Assembly (NCBI GenBank): GCA_964016885.1
Contig: OZ024740.1
Span: forward strand, 30,318,001-30,382,000
Source: Eledone cirrhosa
Lineage: Eukaryota
Direction of reading: 5' to 3'
DNA length: 64,000 bases
The notes below the pieces were generated by a model. It did no database searches. It worked only from the letters and a program-made list of their open reading frames with translations, and was not told the DNA's origin. This document shows, piece by piece, positions 16,191-28,900 of the stretch. A program made the translations under genes and the position numbers. How positions within the stretch are numbered: the first letter of the stretch is position 1; each line of letters begins with the position of its first letter.

Positions 16191-16430
16191 AATTTTCCTC
16201 TGTCTGGTGGCAGTAACGAAAGAGGTTATATGGTGGACCAGATTGAAAGGACTGAAGACAAACACTTTTCTCTTCAGCCAATCCGTCATCAACTTCTTCA
16301 AGTTTCACCTGGAAAGGAAGGTGAGGGTGGAGAGAGAAGTGCTTTACTCGACCTTATTGTAAACCCCCACTGTCCCTGTCTTTGTATTGTCCCCTACATG
16401 TCGGCCCTTGTGGCTAATAAATGAAATCAT
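16191..16430 (+). mobile_element. Internally deleted Tx1-like LINE 3' fragment
   Basis: Matches about 11508-11658 joined directly to about 11933-12020. Confidence 0.85.
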
Positions 16431-16451
16431 TATTATTATTATTAATAGTCT

Positions 16452-18090
16452 GGTGGTAGATTGGCAGTATCGGTAGAGCGTCGGACACTATGCTTTGCGG
16501 CATCAATAAAATAAAGTACCAGTAACACACTGGGGTAATCGACTTTCCCCTCCCCCGATATTGCTGGCCTTGTGCCTAAATCAGAAACCATTATTAATAG
16601 TCTGACGGTGGATTGACACCATGCTTCGCAGCATAGAGTTACGGCCCATTACGTTCTGTGTTCAAATCCCGCCGAGGTTATCTTTGCCTTTCATCTTTTC
16701 GGGGTCGATAAAAAAAAGTACCAGTAATGCATTGGTGTCGATTTACTCGACTTTCGCCTCCCCCGATATTGTTGGCCTAGTGTCTATATCAGAAACCATT
16801 ATTGATAGTCTATTGTGTTCAAGTCCGTGGTCTGTTTACATAGTGAAGTCCCAGAGTGTCTTGGATTTGTTTCTCTCGGCAAGGACACTTTCTGGGACAT
16901 GCTGGGACCATTTATCAGACACCTCATATCTATATTGTTTTACATTAACCAGTTATGACATGTATTCTTTTTAAACCAGCACTTTACAGGCTCACACCCT
17001 GTGGGTAACACTTTCTGTATTAATACTTCACGTGTTTGCCTTATTGATATGTCTGTTTAGTCACCAACTAAGTAATCTAAGTGAATATATATATATATAT
17101 ATATATAGTGTGTGTGTGTGTATATACATAAGGATCGATCGACTTTCGTCAAATCGGACCGAGGAAACAATGTCTCCATTAGTCTTTCCAATTGCTAGTA
17201 CTATCTATCGGTCGCAACTCCAGGTAGAAGGAGCAATGTGAAATAAAGTGTCTTGCTCAAGGACATAACACATCACTCGGTACGGGAATTGAACTCACAA
17301 CCTCAAGATTGCGAATCCAGTTCTCTAACCACTCAGCCACAGGCCTATCACCTATAAGTCGGTGAATTGGCAGTGTCGTTTGAACGTCAGATGGAATACT
17401 TTGCGGTGTTCGTTCCAGTTCTCTTCTCTCTCAGTTCAGATCTCGCCGAGGTCAACTTTGCATTTCACCTTTCAAGGTCGATAAAAGAAATTACCAATCT
17501 AGTACTAGAACCGATTCTTCTTCTATATCTCTTTCTTATTTCCTTTCTCTCATTTTCTATCTTTCTCTGGAAGAAATCTGCTGGAGAGGACACGGCTCCG
17601 CCAGACTTAAACTGCCCCCAAAAACACCGTATACCACTACCCACCCCCACCCCCCACCCCACCCCCACAAACACACACATACACAAACTCCCTCGGGAGT
17701 TACGGGACAATACCATTCTTTCCACTATACTTTGTGTATATATATTTATTTTTTGACGAAAATTTCCAGAAATAAAGATTACCAAGTTAACAGTGTCTGT
17801 GTATGTTGTATTTTAAGACAGACATCATTCTTCCACGCTGTAAAGTACTTTATGTTCAACTCACCATCTCAGATCGATTCAATTGTCAGACCAGTTTTAC
17901 CTATAATAAGTTGTCTCCCTTATTTGGCAAACTTGCTATTGCATAGTATACGGTGTTATTATTTCAGATTCCCGGCGAGGTTGACTTTGCCTTTCATCCT
18001 TGCGGGGTCGATAAAATAAAGTACCAGTAATGCACTGGCCAGTAATGTACCAGTAATGCGCTGGCCTTGTGCCTAAAGTAGAAACAATTA
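16452..18090. mobile_element. SINE cluster: OK-like copies at ~16452-16592, 16604-16800, 17358-17490, 17965-18090 (+); second tRNA-SINE family at ~17220-17345 (-)
   Basis: Shared core tttgcctttcat..ggtcgataaa; the second family has gtgaaataaagtgtcttgctcaagg...taaccact. Confidence 0.75.
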
Positions 18091-19200
18091 TTTCAGATTC
18101 TCCTGTGCTCTTAGTTCCGATAGAATTTCTAGGTGTAGGCATAGCAATGTAGCTGCCTTCGCTTGACGACCATGTCACGTGTTGGGACAAATGTCTTCTA
18201 CAACAGCCTCGGGTTGAACAATGCGTTGTGAGTGTCATTTGATAGACAGAAACTATTGGAAAAGCAGTCTCTCTCTATCTATCTATCTCTATCTCTCTCT
18301 CACACACACACTCTCTCTCTCACTCTCTCTTTCACTCACTCGCTTTCGCTCTCTCTCTCGGGAAATTCCTGAAAATAGTCATAAAGACTGCCTACTCTTC
18401 GTGACAAACATGGTTATGCATGACTAAATAAATAAATAAATGAATGAAGAGGAATGTTCTTCGTTGGTTAATTCGAGAAGGGTCAGTGTACTTTTCCATG
18501 GAATAGAATCTGATCATGTGACCCAATGACTAGGCCAGCCGTGGAGAGTGATAAGAGGAACAATTATTATTGTGTTAGAATCTGGTGTATATATATATTT
18601 ATTTACCACATTAACTCTATATTTGAAAAGGTTTTTATTACATTAGTAATATCAAAACAATTTTACGATATTTCTAGCTACTTCCCTTGGTATAGTTTTT
18701 AGTCTTTTAGAGTTCTCTCTCTTACAATTGTAGCCTATTTGGGTAATAAATTTCATCTAACTACCCGGATAACACTATAGTTTCTAACTCCATATCCCAA
18801 GCTGCTGCTGCTGCTGCTGGTGGTGGTGGTGGTGGTGTTATTGTTTTTGTTGTTGTTGCTGTTTAACTCCATATTAGGCAGGGATCAAGCAAGGCTACAA
18901 TCAAACTCCTTCCGTCCGTGCCCAAATCTATTCAGTCCTTATAAAAATACGTGTTATAATTTGTGTTAAGATTTGGTTGTTATTTTCAGCAATACAAGCA
19001 ACCACGTCGAGGTTGACATACTGTGTGTTAATCAGACACAACAAAACTGAACTGCATACAACAAACTATTGGATGTCAGAATGTACAGTATAATCCTCAT
19101 GTGGGGGAGAAGGTGGGTGAGTGTTCAACAGAAATAGAAGCCAAATTTCCCTCAAAGCTATAATGAAGAATCCGACACGCTAAAATCTGTACTCCTAAAT

Positions 19201-21160
19201 CAGGCATGGGCAACATTTTTCGGGCTGTGGGCCACATAGGGTGTGGTTCATCATAAGGTGGGCCACATAGGGTGTGGTTCATCATAAGGTGGGCCACATA
19301 GGATGTGGTTCACCATAAGGTGGACCACATAGGATGTGGTTCACCATAAGGTGGACCACATAGCATGTGGTTCACCATAAGGTGGACCACATAGCATGTG
19401 GTTCACCATAAGGTGGACCACATAGGATGTGGTCATCATAAGATGGGCCACATAGGATGTGGTTCACCATAAGGTGGACCACATAGGATCTGGCTCATCA
19501 TAAGGTGGACCACATAGGATGTGGCTCATCATAAGGTGGACCACATAGGATGTGGCTCATCATAAGGTGGACCACATAGAATGTGGCTCATCATAAGGTG
19601 GACCACATAGGATGTGACCATCATAAGGTAGACCACATAGGATGTGGCCATCATAAGATGGACCACATAGGATGTGACCATCATAAGGTAGACCACATAG
19701 GATGTGGCCATCATAAGGTGGACCACATAGGATGTGGCCATCATAAGATGGACCACATAGGATGTGGCTCATCATAAGATGGACCACATAGGATGTGGCC
19801 ATCATAAGGTGGACCACATAGGATGTGGCCATCATAAGGTGGACCACATAGGATGTGACCATCATAAGGTGGACCACATAAGATGTGGTTCATCATAAGG
19901 TGGACCACATAGAATGTGGCTCATCATAAGGTGGACCACATAGAATGTGACCATCATAAGGTAGACCACATAGGATGTGGCCATCATAAGGTGGACCACA
20001 TAGAATGTGGCTCATCATAAGGTGGACCACATAGGATGTGGCCATCATAAGATGGACCACATAGGATGTGGCCCATCATAAGATGGACCACATAGGATGT
20101 GGCCATCATAAGGTGGACCACATAAGATGTGGCCATCATATGGTGGGCCACATAGGATGTGGCCATCATAAGGTGGGCCACATAGGATGTGGTTCACCAT
20201 AAGATGGACCACATAGGATGTGGCCATCATAAGGTGGACCACATAAGATGTGGCCATCATATGGTGGGCCACATAGGATGTGGCCATCATAAGGTGGACC
20301 ACATAGGATGTGGCCATCATAACGTGGACCACATAGAATGTGGTTCACCATAAGATGGACCACATAGGATGTGGCCATCATAAGGTGGGCCACATAGGAT
20401 GTGGCCATCATAAGGTGGACCACATAGGATGTGGCCATCATAAGGTGGACCACATAGGATGTGGCCATCATAAGGTGGGCCACATAGGATGTGGTTCACC
20501 ATAAGATGGACCACATAGGATGTGGCCATCATAAGGTGGACCACATAAGATGTGGCCATCATATGGTGGACCACATAGGATGTGGCCATCATAACGTGGA
20601 CCACATAGAATGTGGTTCACCATAAGATGGACCACATAGGATGTGGCCATCATAAGGTGGACCACATAAGATGTGGCCATCATATGGTGGGCCACATAGG
20701 ATGTGGCCATCATAAGGTGGACCACATAGGATGTGGCCATCATAACGTGGACCACATAGAATGTGGTTCACCATAAGATGGACCACATAGGATGTGGCCA
20801 TCATAAGGTGGACCACATAAGATGTGGCCATTATATGGTGGGCCACATAGGATGTGGCCATCATAAGGTGGACCACATAGGATGTGGCCATCATAAGGTG
20901 GACCACATAGGATGTGGCCATCATAAGGTGGACCACATATGATGTAGCCATCATAAGGTGGACCACATAGGATGTGGCCATCATAAGGTGGACCACATAG
21001 GCTCTGACCATCATAAGGTGGACCACATAGGTTGTGGCCATCATAAGGTGGACTACATAGGATGTGGCCAGCATAAAGTGGACCACATAGGATGTGACCA
21101 TGTGGGGCCGGCATAAAGTGGACCACATAGGATGCGGCCAGCATAAGGTGGACCACACTG
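19201..21160 (+). repeat. 30/31-bp minisatellite (~60 units) starting just inside a hAT-like MITE terminus
   Basis: Unit ggaccacataggatgtggccatcataaggt; preceded by caggcatgggcaac...gggccaca at 19201, a Charlie-type hAT terminus pattern. Confidence 0.9.
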
Positions 21161-21196
21161 CTAAAACCTTGAAGGCAATTCTGAAACGATATATAC

Positions 21197-21705
21197 CCTC
21201 AGGTCTCAAATAATAGGTGGAAAGGAATAAGCGGAGAGGTTGGAATAAGCGGGGGAGGAATAAATGGGGGCAATAAGTGGGGTGGGGTGGAATAAGTGGG
21301 GACTAAGTGCGGGTGGGGGTATGTGGGGGTAGGATAAGCGGAGAGGAATAAGCGGGGGTGAAATAAGCGAGGGTGGAATAAACGGATGTGATGGAAATCA
21401 TTAATTTCTTTCTAGGTTGACTCCGTCGATTCAAAAAAGAAAACCAGAATTAGTCGTTTAGTTTACATATTAAGACCCCCAACCCAGCCTATTTATAACA
21501 TATGGGATTTCTAGTAATATTCTTTTTATGTCATCTATAATGTTTTTTAATGTCGACAGAATTAATTGTCACGGGTATGATACCACTTAAAAATAAATTT
21601 TCGCTATGGATAGATTAACAATATTTAATAAGTGGGGGTCGGGAAAAAACTGAAAAGTTAATAAGTGGGGTGGAGGGAGTGATTGGTATTCGAGCCCCGA
21701 AAATA
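21197..21705 (+). mobile_element. MITE family copy (others at 34167-34559 and 49691-49999)
   Basis: Shared internal sequence tttagtttacatatt.agacccccaaccca; ends related to ctctcgggtc...gacccgaga; subterminal ggaataagcggg repeats. Confidence 0.7.
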
Positions 21706-21936
21706 CAATTTGATGTTATTTAGAGTTATTCCCCCTGGAAATATTTTTGCCTTGTAAGAGTTTTCTCCCGTGAAAATGTTTATCTAAAATTTCGTAATAA
21801 AAATATGTTGATACACTTATTCATAATTTCCTGCTCGTGTTGTTTTTGTTGATGTTGCAGTTGTTGTTGTCGTTGTTTCTGCTACTGCTGCTGCTGTTGT
21901 TGCCAATCCACCGTCCTTTTTTCATTATAATGATAG

Positions 21937-22127
21937 GGCGGTGGATTGACAGTATCGATAAAGGGTTTGATGCCATTCTTTGCAGCAAAGAGTTACGTCC
22001 CTTTATGGTCTGAATTCAAACTCCGCCGAGGTTAATTTTGCCTTTCATCCTTACGGGGTCGATAAAATAAAGTACCAGTAATACACTTGGATAATTGCTG
22101 GCCTTGTGCCAAAAGTAGAAACAATTA
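21937..22127 (+). mobile_element. OK-like SINE
   Basis: Full head-body-tail match to the other copies in the window. Confidence 0.85.
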
Positions 22128-22168
22128 TAATAATAGAAAAGTTATTATGGTTGGCTTGATAGTAACAG

Positions 22169-22250
22169 CCTCGCGAGCTGGAATGGCTCTTCCAGCGCGT
22201 CTCCCTCACCATCCTCCGGAGAAACGCCTTCTCCATTCTGTCCGCCAGAG
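22169..22250 (+). mobile_element. 3' fragment of a REL-endonuclease (CRE/NeSL/R2-group) non-LTR element
   Basis: Translates PRELEWLFQRVSLTILRRNAFSIL, matching the C-terminal WLFQRxSLAxxRxNA motif; homologous to 41610-41825. Confidence 0.6.
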
Positions 22251-22908
22251 CCGTGGGTCGGCCAGTGCGTGGCCCCCATTTGCTTATAATAGTGTGAGAT
22301 GGAGAGAGCCGTATTGACGGAGGGAGTGACAGTGGTAGTTTGGTTCAGTTGTGTTCGGAGCTAATGTACATGTATATATTTAACATACCACATATATATA
22401 CAGATATATACACATACATACACATACATACAAACTATCACACAATAACAACAACACTGATATTAATATAAAAGAAACTTGAATTTGGAAGTTTAAAGCA
22501 GCAACGGTGATAAACCCTGGAGACGGAAAAATGTGTATAGCTCCCCTCGTGGGCCACAAACCACAACTTCTATATATCATTTCACCGTGCTAACTGTTAG
22601 ACTAAAGCAATACCGACAAACCTTTTTCGTTATATTAAGCTTTATTAATCAGATAACACATATGTAAACAGTCTATTTTTAGAACCGTTGAGCAATAGGC
22701 CATTTTGAATTTGAAAGTAAGAATAATCAATGTTGTTTGACCATTAAAATAGACATAAACCCTGGAGATGGAAAATACTTCAACAGCGCCACCTATTAGA
22801 ATTTGATATTATATATACTTGTACGTCATTTTATTTAGACACTTTATATAAGTTTAAAAAAAGGAATGTAACGTAATACAAACTTACACAAAACTATTGT
22901 TGTTTGTC

Positions 22909-23164
22909 TCAGGTAAAATTTTTGAGTCCGTCAAAACCATTCATGGTACACTTTGCTCCGGCTAAACGACAGCCAAAACTTATTGCGTCTTCTACAGAAT
23001 GACCTTTAAGCAGATAGTAAATCGTTCCTGCTGTGAATGTGTCTCCGACACCTAGTGTATCCTTTGGGTTGGTTAACTTTGTAAATTGTAAAGAACTGTG
23101 GTAAAATACTCCATTTGAACGACATGTGGCGCCCTCTTCTCCCCACGTACATACCACAGCTTCA
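22909..23164 (-). CDS. KHK: Ketohexokinase-like PfkB kinase, terminal coding exon
   Basis: Acceptor ttcttgcag; EAVVCTWGEEGA...DTLGVGDTFTAG...FGCRLAGAKCTMNGFDGL then TGA; matches the KHK C-terminus (VCAWAEEGA...DTLGAGDTFNA...FGCQVAGKKCGLQGFDG). Minus-strand AATAAA at 22830-22835 and 22641-22646. Confidence 0.93.
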
Positions 23165-23582
23165 CTGCAAGAAAAATTACAATTAGATGTATTAAAACTA
23201 TATTAGGGTTAGGGTTGGGGTTAGTGAACGTTCTGAATGATAATGTAGACTACTTCGGTGATAAAGATGATCCCTCACCCGGTTTAACACAACCACATGG
23301 TCATTGGATGTCTTTAGCAGACAGAATTCACATTATTCGGGAGATGTCTCCTGTTTGGGAATACCTTCCATTCTTTCAACAGTCCCAAAGGCCCTGGAAA
23401 GTGCTATGAGCACTGGATTTCTTTCCCTGACTATACAGTAAGGAAAATGCAATTTGTTCGACCCAAAGTTAGTACCAGTGTACAACACCTGCAGACTAGA
23501 TATTTTACATCTTTCCCACGCCAATAAATCTGGAGATACATATAGAAAATAAGTTAATGAAGATGAACTAAATTACATTTAC

Positions 23583-23697
23583 CTTTGTGGACAGAAATTT
23601 GCTATCCCTTTCACTGCATCCTCCATCGAGAAATATCCCTGGAATTTGGCATAGTCTTTGCTGATAAACACATAATCTGGTTCACACAACAACTGGT
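23583..23697 (-). CDS. KHK: Ketohexokinase-like, 115-bp exon (phase 1 to 2)
   Basis: ttag acceptor, gtaaat donor; (D)QLLCEPDYVFISKDYAKFQGYFSMEDAVKGIANFCPQ resembles KHK DVVFVSKDVAKHLGF; phases fit neighbours. Confidence 0.9.
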
Positions 23698-23879
23698 CTA
23701 ACAGTAAATAAACACATGATATATATTCAATATTAGTATATTCGTGAAAAAGTCCTCGTAAATAAACACATGATTTGTCTCAGTGGGATATCTAGCAATC
23801 AATATACCAATCAATATGTAAAAATGTATTGAATTAGTCTCACACAGTCTAGCGATCAATATAACAATCAATATATAAA

Positions 23880-24100
23880 TATTGTTATACTTGGGGAGGG
23901 TCATATTGTTGTAATCATATTGCCAGAAATGATAAAAGAACACACTCACTGATAAACATTGATTGTCAAATAAATTAACTATGGAGATATAAAAGATACA
24001 GAAGCGAAACTCTTATTATTTCTGGCAATATGACCTTCCCCAAGTATAACAATATTTGTTTCGACACACGATTTCATATCAAAAACCTTGCAAAACAAAT
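23880..24100. mobile_element. Inverted-repeat element with shared tail (related copies ~31310-31465, ~42890-42995, ~45020-45210)
   Basis: attgttatacttggggagggtcata ... tatgaccttccccaagtataacaat inverted arms, followed by ttgtttcgacacacgatttcatatcaaaaaccttgcaaaacaaat. Confidence 0.65.
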
Positions 24101-24579
24101 ATATAAAGATGTATTGAACAATGAAGAGTGTGGCTAGCAACTTTATCTCCATTCAGTAAAATTGCTACAGAAACTGCGAGTGTTTCCTAATACTTTGTGG
24201 GGCAAAAGGAACTAAAGAAGAAGTGATTATTAATATACCCATGACATAGATTTCCTAAGTAAATATGTATTTCAAATTCTAATACACGGATACACGCAGT
24301 TAATGAAACAACACCAAATTTACTACCTTTACAACACCAACAAAAACGTCAAAAACAGGTGGAATAATAAACATTATTAGTGATTGGAGTCAACTCTAAA
24401 AAACTATAAACTACATGGAAGTATACTATATCAAATACCATCTTACAAAATATAATCACCTGACGAGTGACATGATGAACAAGAAGCTATTAAGATATTA
24501 ATTGCCTCTGAAATGTACCATAATAGGAAATAAACTGGAGTTGAAAAAATAAAAACTTCTTCTTCCCTTATTATATATA

Positions 24580-25093
24580 CTAGCAGAAACACCACCTCGG
24601 GGTTATCTGCTAGCATGTGTAGTGTGTATATTGATATTATACGCAAGTATATATACATGTAGATATGATGCAACAAATAAAATCGTAATTGACAATATAC
24701 ACAGAAATTAAACAAAGACTGCGTTACACTATCTTATGTAATCAGTAACGTAATCTATGATACATTAAAAAAAGACGATATTATATATAAACTGCATTAG
24801 GAGAAAATTAGTGACGGAAATATATGAATGTTTATTTAAGCGGTCACTAACCGGAAGTGTTGACATTTGAAAATGTTAAAGAAGTGAATCTTAAAATAAC
24901 AAAATTATTTATATTTAATCAAGAATAACGAAATTTAGTAGATAAGTTATGTAATATTCTTTCATTATTCAGTAATGTAGTGGGTAATTGCTGGGTAATT
25001 ATTTATTGAAAGTAATCCAACTTATTTTACAAACAGGATGAAAAAATATATTCTGGACGCAGTCCCGCACTCCTTACTTTATTATAGTTTAGA
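24580..25093 (-). mobile_element. Probable non-autonomous Helitron
   Basis: Minus strand starts a|TCtaaactataataa and ends ...ctgCTAG|t (an AT insertion site), with a subterminal hairpin gcagataacc...ggtgtttctgc. Confidence 0.5.
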
Positions 25094-25159
25094 TAGGGGG
25101 GGGTGTAAAACTATCAAAAAAAGGTACTCAACACGTTAGTAGATATATTCATTTTATTA

Positions 25160-25285
25160 CAGAAATGACTTCGACAGGACTAGAACTGTTCCATTCGTAA
25201 GAAATCATCTGGAAAGGAAAACCCAGGACTCTTCTGTGGATTTATTACGAACGAAACAGTTCTGGTCCTGTAGAAATCATTTCTA
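25160..25285. repeat. Palindromic element next to (TA)n (copies at 44225-44322 and 63638-63685)
   Basis: agaaatgacttcgacaggactagaactgtt ... aacagttctggtcctgtagaaatcatttct. Confidence 0.75.
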
Positions 25286-25293
25286 TAATAGAA

Positions 25294-25367
<74 letters not shown>

Positions 25368-25428
25368 CAAGGGCCGTGCCCCAGCATGGCCTCAGTCGGA
25401 TGGCTGGAACAGATAAAAGAGTAAAACA

Positions 25429-25469
<41 letters not shown>

Positions 25470-25470
25470 T

Positions 25471-25504
<34 letters not shown>

Positions 25505-25508
<4 letters not shown>

Positions 25509-25845
25509 TTTCATTCACCATCATTTCATTTTACGTCCGCTTTTTCCCTGCTTGCAAGGGTGGGACGGGAACTGATGCTGGCTTGATTTCTACAGCTGGA
25601 TGCCCTTCCTAACACCAACCTCATTTACAGTGAGTGGTGGGTGCTTTTTTTGCCATGGCACCTCCACGACCACTTTGCAGTGGAATGATATGGACCCCAG
25701 TCCCTATCATCTCATTTCTACAGCTGAGTAAACTGGAGCAATGTGAAATAAAGTGTCTTGCTCAAGGAAACAACACATCACCCGGCCTGAGAATTGAACT
25801 GACCTTTCGATTGCAAGGCCAATGCTCTAACCACCTAAGCCATGT
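25505..25845 (-). mobile_element. Two adjacent SINE-type repeats
   Basis: ctacagctggatgcccttcctaacaccaacc family (also ~32590-32720, 56490-57010, 58060-58240) plus tRNA-head family (also 41410-41570). Confidence 0.65.
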
Positions 25846-25947
25846 AACTTTACATTGAAAGGGGCGGTGTGGATGGGGTGGGGGTGGTGGGACGGGGGTG
25901 TGTTTTGATAGAGATGCCTACTGACTGTAGTAGGTTTTACTTTGTAT

Positions 25948-28900
25948 TTAGGTAAGGCGGGTCTTCTCTATTACTGAGTACCGCCAAAGGTCTCGGTCCA
26001 GTGACATTGTCTTGGAGAGGTGTAAGCGTGTGAGGTCGGAATTTATCATGTCGTCCCAGGTTTTTCTGGGTCTGCCTACTCCGTGGCTACCGTCTACCTT
26101 TATTGCCCTGCACTTTGTTATACAGCTGTCGTCTTTCATGCGCATCACGTGACCATACCAACGTAGCCTTCTCTCGAGTAAACAACATCTGATCCCTCTT
26201 ATTTCTAATTTTTTCCTTAGTTGGTTTATGCTTAGCCGTTCACGTATATTACTATTGCACATCCAGCGGAGCATGCAAGCTTCGTTCCTCTCTAGTCTGC
26301 GTATATTCTCTGCACACAATGCCCAGGTCTCACTGCCATGCAGCATTGCTGTTCGTATGCAGGCATCATACAGTCTGCCTTTCATTTTTAGAGAGAACCC
26401 TTTAGTGGCCAATAGTGGTATAAGCTCTCTGACTTTTTCCATCCCGTTCTGACTCTAGCAACTGTACTTTCAGCACCTGCCTTTCATTTTTAGGGAGAAC
26501 CCTTTAGCTGCTAATAGTGGTATAAGCTCTCTGAACTTTTTCCATCCAGTTCTGACTCTAGCTACTGTACTTTCAGAGCACCCTCCCCCACTGCTGATTT
26601 TGTCACCCAGGTAACAGAAGCTGTCCACTATTTCTGTAGAACCCTCTGTGCAATTGAAAGAGCTAATATTTTGTGGGCACTTGCTGCTACTTATTGCACC
26701 AGAGCACCGGCCACATGTAAAATCTATGTTCTTAGTTAGCTTACCTGTGATCCCACTACATCTTTTATGCACCCATACTTTGCATTTGGGACATAAAATG
26801 GAGTTTCTACCTACGCCTTTCCTACACACTGAGCATGGCCATTTCCCGGAAGGGACCGCCGCCTTATTTTCTTTCCTACAAACTAGAACTTTAGTCTTAG
26901 CCAGGTTAATTTTAAGGCCTTTTGATTCTAGGCCGTGCTTCCATGTTTGGAATTTCTTCTCTAGTTCGGTCAGTGATTCAGCTATGAGCGTTAGATCATC
27001 TGCGTATAGGAGTTCCCATGGGCAGCTGGTCTTGAACTCCTCTGTTATAGCCTGAAGGGCAATAATAAATAGTAGGGGGCTAAGAACAGAGCCCTGATGG
27101 ACACCAACTTTTACGCTAAACTCTTCACTATATTCGTTGTTAATTCTAACCTTGCTGACTGTTTCTTTATACATGGCTTGTATAACTCTCACAAGCCATT
27201 CATCAACACCTAGTTTTCTAAGAGCCCACCAGATAATGGAACGGGGGACTCTGTCGAAGGCTTTCTCCAAGTCAACAAAAGCTAAGTATAGGGGTTTACT
27301 TTTAGCTAGGTACTTCTCCTGTAGTTGTCGTACAATGAAAAGAGCGTCTGTGGTACTTTTGCCTGACACAAACCTGAACTGCATTTCATCTAGATCAATT
27401 CTCTCTCTGATTAGTTGCGCTATTACTTTTTCCGTGACCTTCATGACCTGGTCGATTAATTTAATGCTCCTATAGTTACACCTATCTAGGGCATCTCCTT
27501 TACCCTTGTAACAGTTAATGATGATGCTGCTATGCCAGTCCTTCGGAACAACCCCATTCTGTATGACTTGAATTATTATCCGGGTGACCATGGTGTGTCC
27601 CACCGTTCCAGAGGCTTTCAGCATCTCAGCAACTATTTCCGAAGGCCCAGCCGCCTTACCCGTCTTCATATCTTTGATTGCCTTATTTATTATACTACCT
27701 TCGACTAACACTGCTGGTCCCTCTATTGGGTCGATGTGGGGAGACTGTCTTTCTCCCATTTGTTCTCCTCATTTAGAAGCCTTTCGTAGTGACACTTCCA
27801 AGCTACCCCTTCTTATCAGCGTCAGTGATGGCAAGTATACCATCATCATTAAGTACACACTTCTCCCCGACAATATCACGGTTTTCCTTGACACATTGCC
27901 TAGCAATCCTGAACACCTCACGTTTTTGGTCCTCACGTTGTAGAACATGCTTGAACTTTCTTTCCTCTGCTTCCCTTCTTGCGAAGTACACTTGTCTCCT
28001 AGCTTCCCTCCTGGCCACTTGATAGTCTTCTCTACTTCCCCCCATCCCGCCATACTTTCCAAGCCTGCTTTTTGGCCTTAATTGACTCCTCCACCTTACT
28101 GTTCCACCACCATGTTACTCTCCTCCTACCTACAGGCCTGCTCCAGCCACAGACTTCGTCTGCCGCCGTCAGCAGGTTTGCTTTCAGGAATTCCCACTGT
28201 TCCTCTATATTATACGACTCTAATTGCTCTTCCTTACTGTCGAAAGCATCAAGTAATATGCTTTGAAATTTATTTCTGGCTATGGGGTCCTTTAGCTTCC
28301 ATATTTTTCTCCTGAGGATAGTCCTCTTCTGCTGTCTAGTACGTCTCGTCCTGACTATGAGGTCGCTAATTATCAGTCTATGTTGGGAGGTGCATTCTTC
28401 ATGGGGGAGGGATTTAGTGTTAACAACAGACACTCTGTCACGTCTTCTGGTAAGGATATAATCTACCTGGCTTGTGTGTTCCCCCGATCTATAGGTGATC
28501 AAGTGATTGTCTCGTTTTTTGAAGTTAGTGTTACAGATAGTTAGGTTATTTGCGTCACAGAATTCCAGGATTCTGGAGCCTTCCTCATTTCTAGTACCGA
28601 ACCCATAGCCTCCATGGATTCCGTCATAGCCGTCACAATGTTGTCCAACGTGACCATTTAGGTCGCCTGCAATAATTATATAGTCACTGTCGGTTTTTTG
28701 GGAGGTAGCGAGCATCAGTGTCTCATAGAATCTGTCTTTTATAGCGCCGGGCAGTCCGGATTGGGGTGCGTACGCAGATATTACTGTCACCGTAGTTCTA
28801 TTGATGACAAGTCTTATTTTAATTATTCTGTCGTTCACTCTATTTACGTCTATTATCTTATCTGCCCACTTTTCTGCTACCATGATTCCTTCTCCACCCA

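Noticed and set aside
16014-16430. Apparent SINE-Tx1 chimeric element
   Set aside because: tttcctctgtct occurs on both sides of the SINE, so it is a SINE inserted into a Tx1 fragment.
19529-21209. Repetitive His/Met/Cys-rich ORFs (GHILCGPPYD)n
   Set aside because: Minisatellite with 30/31-bp units that shift frame repeatedly, so there is no coding constraint.
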